Assembly: GCA_965202585.1 (NCBI GenBank)
Contig: OZ241828.1
Coordinates: 20,088,001-20,152,000 of the forward strand
Direction: 5' to 3'
DNA length: 64,000 bases
Source of the DNA: Thalia democratica
Taxonomy: Eukaryota
The translations under genes were made by a program, and so were the position numbers. Shown piece by piece: positions 33,801 through 42,264 of this stretch; within the stretch, counting starts at the first letter, position 1; the number at the start of each line of letters is the position of its first letter. The notes beneath the pieces are model-generated. The model was not told the origin of the DNA. It did not search any database and was given only the letters and a program-made list of their open reading frames with translations.

Positions 33801-35769
33801 CAGTGTGTTAAGTAAATTAAAAATGTCCTTTAATCCACCCAGTAATTTGAACAACATGTTTGATAATATGATCCAATCGAAACTTTTGAACACTCAGCAA
33901 GAAACTAATTCAGTAAACAACGAATTTGTAGTCCAGAATGTACAAGTCGTACAAAATGAGCAGCTTGATTTTGAAAACATATATCCCAATGTACTAAATG
34001 AACAGTTGGATAACACAAACGATAATAATCCACTTTCAAACTATGCGAGCTTACTATTTGGTGATGCCGATTTGTACGCAAACTTTATGCAGAAAGATAA
34101 AAACAACGATCTCAATTACCTCCTTGATACCGAGTTGAATGATGTAAGCATGAAGCCGAATCATTTGAAAAGTGCGTTTATTAATTTAGAAAAAGATCCC
34201 GTTCAAATAGACGACTTCCTTCAAAACAATGAGTCTAATCTCCAGTTTACAAAGTTTGAAAATTTTGATGGTGAAAAACCTTCTATTCAAAAGATTTTTG
34301 AAAAAATGAAAAGTTCAGAAACTGTTAAGCCGGTGAAAATGTTCACCAGCCCTTTTAGGTTTTCAAATCTTAAACAAAAAGTTATTGATCAACAAAATAA
34401 GATTTTAGAAACTGTGGAAACCTTGAAAAAGTATCAAAGCAAGCCCTTTAGGTCTTTATTAACTACAGATTTCAAATCGAATTTGACAAACAAAGAAAAA
34501 AGTTTTCCAGAAGTTGTGAAAAGTCCAAACAAAAGTTTTCATGATGAATCAAACAACAGTCTGCCAAAAAAGCAGGGCAATCTTCACTACAAAGACATAA
34601 AGTCTGAACTTTGCTTGAAAGCAAACAAATCTAAAAAGCATAGGAAAATGTCAGAAAATTTTATTGAAAAAATGGAAACTTTAAATGAAATTGTTGAAAC
34701 AAACTTGAACAAGTTTAACCTCAAAGAAATGTCTAAGGAAACTTTCTTCAGTGCAAAAGAAGAAGCCGATGTTTGTGATAAACCAAAAGTTAAAGATTTC
34801 GTTGGTTCACAAAACGAGGTATTAGAAAAAAACCAACAAAACACAATCAATTTTGTAGTAGAAAATGAAAAATTAAGTAATTCATACAGTTTAGTACACA
34901 GTAAAACAGAAAATAAAGTTTTTGATAAATGCTCAGTTGGAGACAGTGTTTCTAACAACATAGAAATAGAAGATTTTATTTCATCCATAAAAGATTCAAG
35001 CCAATCTATAAGTACAGTTAAACCTAAGGTTTTACAAGTTACAACAGAAAGCAAACCTACTAAAACCAAGCAATCTAAAACTTACAAAAAAGAGCGTAAA
35101 AACAAAGCGAAAAAGTCTGAAAAAGTAAACAAAACCAAAAGTAAAAGCAGTGTCAACAGTTTAAAGGTTCAAAAAGATCTGAAACGCGCACAATCTAAAA
35201 AAGAAGATAAATGCATGTCTGCTATTGACTTTAAAACTGAAAAAGAGTCCATTAAGTCTGAGTGTACACTTAAGTTACAGGAACTACTAGATGAAAATTA
35301 CTCAAAAATATCTGAAAAAGCTTCTAAACAGGCTGATCAAGAAGATACGTATATTCTCAGGGACAACAAGTTTGTAAGAAAACATGCAAAACCGTCAAAG
35401 AAAAACAAAACTGACAAACCAGAAAAGAAACATAAAAGTGTTGCAGATAGCAACCACGTCATAGTGCCTACAAAGTACTTGAAAAAATCTCTGAGAAAGT
35501 CCAAGGGAAATTTCAAGGAATTGTGCAAGAGCGTCGTGTCGAAAAACAGCGCTCTGTCGCTGACGAGCCTCGACAGCTTCAAGAGCTCGTACAGCCGGAC
35601 GGACAAACGCGTCGTCATCATAGACGAGTTCGTCAACCAGAACAAAGAAAAGCCGCAGTATTCCGAGATGGCGCAGCTGGTGTACCAGCTGTCGATAGTG
35701 GCCACTTTCATTTTCATGGCCCAGGTTGGCTGCCCGGCCCTGGTGAAGCGTTTCAGTCACGGGAAATAA
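27823..35769 (+). CDS. Giant gene 2 (2,648 aa): Ser/Asn/Lys/Glu-rich, largely disordered protein with a C-terminal transmembrane tail anchor; no recognised family
   Basis: 7.9-kb ORF; first ATG at 27823; C-terminus LVYQLSIVATFIFMAQVGCPALVKRFSHGK*; AATAAA about 40 bp after the stop. Confidence 0.88.
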   Translation: MSSEDISEFKVHEITYTCSGLSIEQDKNDKNKSNKTETKNLGEQSSQLNPNKINSDSSLSTVLTFQSVLESLSFTDEKNKTLSSPCINNSFTSFMNALENSNAKYTKYNQSSKWTSNLKNRDLTNLSSNCAYSLNKNSTNQATKAHKPLNKNQPITANLEETKEAKNVSCSDQAPTKINKNLTQIKQCEQVVIYKEIENAVLQSVNDVLQSDQYEANMVAAIKEVMDCKKLSKSKRQKISSIMLVLNQFSKRISASNIISLKDQSFDPSFFIYNQLLGIEPVNNLVFSHAIKVANKVIKDYTCFSDSKSSFSSVFSEISNNKIDQSISNSNSILNENKNKRNSAVSDKKDISIVSFKQEIISLSSSSTLENKFSSTDKKLSLNKEYKQIDTQKIQNTLESISESLKETKNSFNKTQSLSKIDKSVISSDKNTEVKQSVSIENQSNRKEMLECFKDIDDTYDNLVQSLTKQLENLDDNITNSSTKNSDIIYDVYTKSVKYNNLSPIPNTQTEIVKQEHIENKLNNLIVASDISLNYKSTDNDLKPFKNPLNQFKNTKKEENIEKQKPSTIEVTDISQSCTSNESAYERFYFHSDYRCFRDNCNKKSSSLNGEPFQNRNNNENFKVNQICPAECHGIKLSSCNINDQIKSVNSSIDLSSKVSDINPDINNQKYLVEDQNLIVRTDLIKTELFSSPSNKSIVNKNSNKETPKHFESVDKSFNSLVQTLTEQLEDIEVNVPSRLSLDTFDYDGSEMSNHDQSTSIDSKIVSKSLNISKSITIDNFEPIASHEKIKLKKESSSEKNKTSKRFTNNKSFNNLVQTLTEQLQDIDVNVPSRLSLDTFQSLEVESKPSEKYSCSNGKAESVTNKILNTDKNVSKLKISENNLTNCSKFSSNYVSTKSFLTKSIIESVKNIDFNLNDMKNSILNCVLQVGSKYGKNLSKVNVIEHLSSIKDFKLDSFKENETTKVYDFQINSIEEVCKFLENVFDKEASSLDLKSNVEFASSTKSSEIENKTNSFSNTNLENNMKPKTHNNDLYAFENPSKNTEEIRNVLNNFCKIPSNDLYTFESPSRNTVEIKNNSNNCNKIPNNDLYTFESPSRNTIEIKNYFEKDTSNEIVNSNSHCTFKTIYKSLDNNSVSNNSVKNPVVKETEVISCKGDSYCMKEETLYETISNSATTKSYKTDNFNGSIEKADTKSADNTLFEAISQETDKKVSSKNNDKFSRKSFSNKGSCYLTDTTQSMKTCRASPYTSDKLEYITLNDQDSCQFTESMKTCQEGSLEKVNFKTNQVIRDASLSSYKTGLQTLNSEKLSNLKDNKFDANYNSIINTITENSLKSKVSEFESNLTNCTAQKSLKSGTTEHESCNLEIYLEESKADNSYLESFISDDGFKAKTDALESMLNGHEIENSSLLNCVLQAGDKYVGIKTNLNNENLDTITENSSILNTKQDNDCKLKTVEINHKIPKTNMFTFESLSKSTVETDLKKENKTLINDLYTFESPSRITVEVLKALTPNSSVLNTSSSNGDRCSVSKKQGEKSEKIPKCDLYTFESPSRNTVEIKNNAEGNKNIVEGQTKSYDAEKNAFMNELDSLLQCVQKAADSSSSKDNLNKENLITYSEKLVTQKIFKQDEILAEQSKSIQYNSSNKSANVVESISHLAEDSKQKKNFKTIGTSEICKDGLTDNKNETETVYKYCQENKSYYTDFSFAMKDSVDKYSKITKSAQNTVDKTENSMSTEPTQNDKLNIVETPVVENLSEKCNSNEIEHKQSNHYQSCYESKSSCEEIENTIELNQIYVAGSISSYFETCCEELSKKLQKLELGTNKNTENFENAHDNMNYSKVSKSLDTNNLDLVNKDLVNNAHKSENIVSANLVFPNSDAKDFTVETSQDTNKIELFPSSNSSEETLHNITSLRETDSYFKSTESSEMNSVLEQIKMSLKKDINEIDVFNENLHSLKVSGVVKNNGFAGLFNNFFDKNKKVEIENDNANNIDSTVNHSVLSKLKMSFNPPSNLNNMFDNMIQSKLLNTQQETNSVNNEFVVQNVQVVQNEQLDFENIYPNVLNEQLDNTNDNNPLSNYASLLFGDADLYANFMQKDKNNDLNYLLDTELNDVSMKPNHLKSAFINLEKDPVQIDDFLQNNESNLQFTKFENFDGEKPSIQKIFEKMKSSETVKPVKMFTSPFRFSNLKQKVIDQQNKILETVETLKKYQSKPFRSLLTTDFKSNLTNKEKSFPEVVKSPNKSFHDESNNSLPKKQGNLHYKDIKSELCLKANKSKKHRKMSENFIEKMETLNEIVETNLNKFNLKEMSKETFFSAKEEADVCDKPKVKDFVGSQNEVLEKNQQNTINFVVENEKLSNSYSLVHSKTENKVFDKCSVGDSVSNNIEIEDFISSIKDSSQSISTVKPKVLQVTTESKPTKTKQSKTYKKERKNKAKKSEKVNKTKSKSSVNSLKVQKDLKRAQSKKEDKCMSAIDFKTEKESIKSECTLKLQELLDENYSKISEKASKQADQEDTYILRDNKFVRKHAKPSKKNKTDKPEKKHKSVADSNHVIVPTKYLKKSLRKSKGNFKELCKSVVSKNSALSLTSLDSFKSSYSRTDKRVVIIDEFVNQNKEKPQYSEMAQLVYQLSIVATFIFMAQVGCPALVKRFSHGK
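30916..32490 (+). repeat. Six dispersed copies of the motif NDLYTFESPSRNTVEI in giant gene 2
   Basis: Copies near 30916, 31000, 31084, 32215, 32289 and 32449. Confidence 0.9.
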
Positions 35770-35770
35770 T

Positions 35771-35812
35771 CTGAGATGAGATTCAAATCATAACCTGAGA
35801 TGAGATTCAAAT
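35771..35812 (+). repeat. 18-bp direct repeat CTGAGATGAGATTCAAAT x2 just after the gene 2 stop codon
   Basis: 35771-35788 and 35795-35812; the second copy runs into AATAAA. Confidence 0.8.
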
Positions 35813-37783
35813 AAAGTGGCATTAGATGTCATGTAATGGTCAATAAAAATCAATGTGTAAAAAATGTTTAGTTGTTTTATCGTTATGTAACAATTGTTTT
35901 TATATATTTCCCAACTAATTTATAGTATATTAAAGTTTTTTTCAAAAATTTTGTCTAGGTATTAATTAGTTATTTTTTTAAATAGTTTTATTTTAGGCCT
36001 TATGTTTTTGTACTTTGTTAAATATCTATAACGATTATAAACATTTTTATTTGCTTAAAATTAAATTAGTTAAACTATGATCTCAATAGAGTTATTTATT
36101 ATAAAACCGTTTTCAAGGTTTATGTTTGAATCTCTTACAGTGTAACGTTAACTTAAAACTTTGTTGAGTAAATTGTTAAGGAAGAATTGAACAAAAATTA
36201 GTGGTATAAATAGTTGTTTTTAAAATCGCCAAATTTTTGTAAACAATTTTGAGAAGCTTTTAAAGACATGATCTCGGAATAACTAAAGTTTCTAGAAAAA
36301 CATGAGTTAACTCAATACTAAAATATGCTTATAAACTTATGACTATATGTATTTTAGTAACATAGAAATGTTTTAAAATTTTTATAATTGGACAATACTT
36401 AGTGATCTCAATGTTAAAATTCTAAACCTAAAAAAATATTTATTACTTAAAAATTTGTCACCCGACTTGCCGTAATTCAAAAAAAAATTTAGTGTTTATA
36501 AGCAATTATTGGTATACTACTTTACATAAGACGTGTAGGTTGTTAGAAAAAACGTCTGTAGTTTTAAAATATCTTATTTTTTTAATGGATATATGCTTTA
36601 ACTACTGTTTTCTTTGCGTAAATACTGTTGAATATTTTCATATACTGTATAAGAAATCGAGAGTTTTTAATACTCATGTTATTAAATGTCTCGTTTGATA
36701 CAAAATAAATGCTTTATTTATAAGTTAGATAAATCTTTTTAAAGCACTCCTTAACTTATTTCTTAATGATATATTTATATCTGTTGCAAAATGTAATTTG
36801 GAAAACAACCTGAACATTTTATTGAAATACTAAACTTTATGAGAGCTTTTGCAAAATAATCAGTTTTATAAGTAAGGTGAAAGAGGTGCTGTAAAACCAA
36901 TTGTATTGCATAAAGAATTTTTGTTCTGATATAAATCCTGGAAATGTTACTTTACAATAAACATTTCTACTAACACATTAGCTACAACATTTACACGATT
37001 ATGTTGTTTACGGCGTTATATAAAGATTTTTCAATGTTCTACAGTTTTGTAATAAATTGAGAACCAGTTAAATAAGTAGAGTGTGTACTGCCGTTTTTTG
37101 TAAACAAATTCAGTGCCATAAAATTTTTATCTTTGTGTAACATAATAGTGTTGTGGCATTGACTTAAAGCTTGATTTCAAATAAAAGTTAGCTATAATAC
37201 TTAGTTTAAAGTACTAACTCGAGGTAAATAAATTTTTTTAAATAAAAAGAATTAATGTAATCAGTAAAAAAAGATAATTTATTTTAACTACCTTTACATA
37301 GAGAACGAAACATTGTAGATATAGAAATTACAGTAAGTTTATAAGTATAATGTTTTTTATCTAGGAAAAAAAATACTGAAAATGCATGTTTAAGAAAATA
37401 AGTTCATTGTTTTTTTTTATAAAAACGTCTTGATAAGATTATTTTAGTAAACACATCAATCTAATTTTTACTTTTGTTGTTGTTTTAAAGATTATAGTCA
37501 TTTCTATTGCTTTTATTTCAGTTTAAGTGTAAAAGTTGAAATTTAAGATTGATGTTATTTATACACTATGAAATATCATTCTAAATAAGATGTATATAAT
37601 AGATGTGTTAATATTTAAACTGCCTAGTATGTCTTATAGGCGTGAACAGAACGTAAATTATGTTTACAGTACTAAAAAATCAAACTATAAATTATGACCT
37701 TGTAATCTACCAAGTTCCAAATAAATTCTTCAGTTTTAATTTTTGTTTTGATAATGAAAATTTAAAATGTACTAGCTTTACAT

Positions 37784-38049
37784 CAGGGTTTCCCAAAGTG
37801 GGTGGTACCGCCCCTGGAGGCGATTTTAGCAAGTCGGGGGCAATAACTAGTAAAGGGGAAGTTGGTTTAAAATTTTGGGCAGTCATAGAATTTTAAAACT
37901 TACATTTGATATAATTGAGTTACAGATGAAGAAAAAAAAGATCATAGATGATTTTAATGGTAGTTTTTTGAGAAACCTTGTTGGAGGGGGTCATAGCTTT
38001 TATAATTTCTTTATAGGGGGCCATATAAAAAAAAGTTTGAGAAACTCTG
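37784..38049. mobile_element. hAT-superfamily MITE (266 bp)
   Basis: TIR CAGGGTTTCCCAAA / TTTGAGAAACTCTG and a perfect 8-bp TSD CTTTACAT on both sides. Confidence 0.9.
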
Positions 38050-38930
38050 CTTTACATGAATATATTTAAGTTGTGTTGAAAGTTACAACTTAATTTAAAA
38101 ATATTTAATAAAGTTGCTTTTATTGTAATAATAGCGCATATCATATGTAAATAGTAAATTTAGATTAGCTTTTATCTATAACTTTTTAAAAGTGTAAAAT
38201 TGTAGAACATTCAAAACTTAAACATAATTTTCTACACTTTTAAACTTTTAATATTGATAAGTTTGTGTAAGTTACACTCAGATCTTACTTTTTTAGAAGA
38301 TAAAGATTTATTTTTAGAGTTCCTTCGAACTTTCTTTCAATTTTAAACGATACTGTTCTACAAAGTTAATTTAGATCTTTTTTATAGTTGTTTAACAGTA
38401 TACGTCTGTCATCTTTCTTCAATGGCTACACCTCTATGTGTATAAAAAACATTCTGTAGTAGTATAGAAAAGCTATTTATGTGTTAAACGTACATATATA
38501 CTCTAAAATGTCGAATATAATTCACTTTTATAGGTAACATTTAATGAAAAGTAGATTTGATATTTTAAGAGTAAAATATTTGATTTTTAGAAAGTTTTTT
38601 GAATTATTGACAGCCAAAGCTTTTACGGAATTATTGTATTTATAATGAGATTAAATATAAACTTCTTAAATTTGTGCATTCATTTCTGATTAACAACTGT
38701 ATTTTGTGTTTGATTATAGCTATGAAACCATTTTAAGTTTAACTACTGCATTTATTTTGCTTTAAATAGTTGCAAACTCTTAAAAAACTAGAACATTTTC
38801 AGTCTTAACAAAGTCATTTTTACAATCTTCGTGTACGAAGTTAATAGGTATACTCCGTTTCGCTAAATTAATTTTTGGTCCAACTTTTGAATATAAGCAG
38901 ATCACGTAGACTTATGTCAAATTATTATTA

Positions 38931-39460
38931 TAGTTTATTGAACGACAAAAAACGCTCAAAATATTTGGTCCTAGGACCTGGTGCACGAAGAACGTTTCGG
39001 TTATCGAGTCGCACACCACGGATACCTTTTAACGTCTTTTCTAGGATTCTACCTAACTGTTTGTTTATCATAAACATTAAAAAGAAGTTTGTGAAGTTAT
39101 TATGCTTGTTGTCAGGTTAACATTCTTTTTTTTTTAAACTTTTCACATTAGACTGCTAAAAAAGTTGTGCTCAAAACAGAATGGTAACAACTTAAAATAA
39201 TAAAATAAATACTTTTAATGTAATAGCTTAACCACCATCTATTAGAAGAACATTACTTATAAAAACTAAGTAAGGGTACGTTAAAGGTTACATATTATCG
39301 TTGACTAAGTTTTCTGTGAACAGAAGCACTTTAAAAAAAATTGTCCTGGACAAGATGTTAAAAGGTATTCGTGGTGTACGACTCGATAACTGAAAGGTTT
39401 TTTCGTGCACCAGGTCATAAGACCAAATATATTAAGCGCTTTTTGTCGTTCAATAAACTA
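38931..39460. mobile_element. Tc1/mariner-like MITE (530 bp) with about 116-bp imperfect TIRs
   Basis: 38931-39046 is the inverted copy of 39344-39460; TA on both flanks. Confidence 0.75.
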
Positions 39461-40034
39461 TATTTTAACTATATATTTTACTAAAAAACCCTTTAAAAAT
39501 AAAACTTGTGTACTTAGAAAGTGAACAAAATCTTTGAATACTCATTGTTGTAAATCTCTGAAGGATTGTGTTTCTATGTTCAATCTTATGCTATTAAAAA
39601 CTTAAACTCCTAGCAAACAAAACCAGTTTAAGTACAACCTAAATCTATAGAAAGTTTTATTGCTTCTCAAAATGTTTATGTAGATAATTTTATAAGTATC
39701 AACATGATTTAAAGTTTATTTCCAGTAAATACAAGATATAGTTGTCAGATTTTAATTAGTAAAAACCTTTACTAGATAAAACAAACAAATATCTAGCATA
39801 CTAATAGTAGAATTATAGCAATTCATGAAGTATGGAAACTTGTTTTTAAATTATTATTGCTTTAATCTTTCACTTGAAGACTACGTGGGTTATTGTGCTG
39901 CAATAAAAATATAAGTGCATTAAACATTTTTCTTCAGCTTTTAAAGAACTTGGTCAGTTTTGAAAACTTGTGCAACAAGTTATTAATTTAGGTACAAAAA
40001 TATCCGTTTTTTGATTGCCTTAAAAATGACTTTT

Positions 40035-40151
40035 CCTGGACAAGACGTTGAAAGGTATCCAAGTAGTGTGCGACTCGGCAACCAAAAGTTGCTTCGTGCA
40101 CCAAATCCTTTGACCAATATTTTGAACACTCTTTTTTCGTTCAACAAACTG
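40035..40151. mobile_element. Solo, more diverged TIR of the same Tc1/mariner-like family
   Basis: Colinear with 39344-39460 (tcctggacaaga...cgactcg...ttcgtgcacca...cgttcaacaaactg), followed by TA. Confidence 0.7.
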
Positions 40152-42264
40152 TAATAAGAAATAAACGACTGCAGATGTTAAACTAAATAGGCGTGAAGAG
40201 AGTTGTAAGAAGGATCCTTTTAAACTCACAAGGACAAAAACAGCTCTATTTAAAATTCGTCCAAGACTTCTTTATTTGAATGAGTGAGTATTTTTTTAGA
40301 TATTAACATGTTAAATCACCAGTATATTCACGAGACAATGTAAGTCTACTTTAAAATAAAAAAACTGTTTGCTTAATTTTTTTTGTGTTTATTTTATTCA
40401 AAACTTTTCGAAATCAATTCATGTAACGCAATGATGATTCAAGATAAGTTCTAAAACCTATTAGAAAAAAAATATTTAGTGAATAGTCCTTACAAGGTAA
40501 GACTGTTTTGTTAATCAATAAAAACAAAAGCCATATTTTTGAGTACCAACAATTTTAGTAATAACTTATTCTGTTAAATTTAAAATTCTTATGTAAACAA
40601 GTTTAAATGAACAAAGTTAGGTTTAAATAAGGGGTAGCAACGCATAACCTACCGGCTGAATTCAATTCGTATTTTTCAGCTGCAAATAAAGTCTTTAAAT
40701 ACAAATTTACATGTATTTAAATCTTTAAATACAAATATTTCGAAGTTTGCTTTTAGCTTGAACTTGATACACACAAGTGCTGGTTATTAAATATTTTCTT
40801 TAAAATTTTGATTTTAAAAAGCTTTTTTCTACTTAATATATATTTTCAAAACTTAGCGTACAACCAAGAATATTTTTACAAGTCCAACCAGCGAGATTTT
40901 TTTTTTGCTAGTCTTATTATTTCGGACAACTTCACATTAAATAAATAGTTAAGCTAGTTTATATGTTTAAATAGTTAATTAAAAAAATACATTCAAGTAA
41001 AGGTATTCCTTATAGAAAGTAATAGAAATACGATGATTTATTGAAAACTCAATTATATTTTCTTGTGATAGTATCTACTTACTTGTGATTTAAACTTGTA
41101 TTTTGAGTAATACAAGATCTACAACAAGTAGATAATTTAAAATAAACAAACTCACTTTTGGCTTAAGTAAACAAAAATTTATAGCCTGCGGTATACTTTA
41201 TAATTATAAAAAACTTGTGTAAAAGAAACTAATTTAGCCTCTTTCAAATCAAAAATTGACAAATACGTTATGTTTTGTGCAAACTGTGACGCCTTTATTG
41301 TTTAGTTAAAAAATTACTGTAATATATACTTTTTTATTTTAAAGTAAAACTGTTTAAAGTAATGTGGCCCGCCAAGTACTTTTTTTTAGTAAATCTGTTT
41401 TAAGTAGGCTGTCAACCGCTACTTTAATAAAATAACATATTTCTGTGTTTACCTAAAACTAATTTATATATACACTACCTTAATTCAAGTTAATTTTTAT
41501 CAATTAAAAATTAATATTTGTAATGCTAATCAATTTTCAATGATGTTTACAGATTAATTTATATTTAGCATGTAATTTGTGTTATATAGATAATAAAACA
41601 TCAGAAACTACAACTTATAAACAATATCACCTAAATTATAGACACTTGGTATATATTGTGTATAATGGCTGCTAAAATTAACTGCAAAGTTTGGAAATAA
41701 AGTAGATTAAATGCTAAACAATTAATTAGTAAAGTCATATCTTGCAATGCACTTAAATCTCAAGAATCTTTGGTAAGCATATTATTTCAAAGTTAAGAAA
41801 AACTTAAAAGGCTAAAAGCTAAGTAGTATTAATTAAAATCTTCAAAAAATATATCAGCTTAATGAGTACTTACTTAAAATAACAAAATAGACAAACAAAC
41901 TACAAAAGTATAGTAAAATCAAAGTATTTACAATTTAAAGGCTGTTTGCCTTTGATAATGGATGCACTTTTTTCCCAGATTAAAAACGTTGGGTACATAA
42001 AAAGACAGACAGTTATAAAACTGTACAATGAACAAGTTTGAAATATTTACAATCTAGTGACTGAAACTCTTTGCCAATATTCGCGCTAATTTATATGTTT
42101 TTTAACAAATCAAACAAAAAAAAAAAACTGTTTGTTTACTATTTACAAACTTTAATTTTTTTTTATGTTGCTTTATTTAACACTGAGCGTGTTGAAGTTG
42201 CTAATTACAAATTATAAAACATAAATTGTCACAAACAATGACAAAGAGTTCTATGACGTCACAA

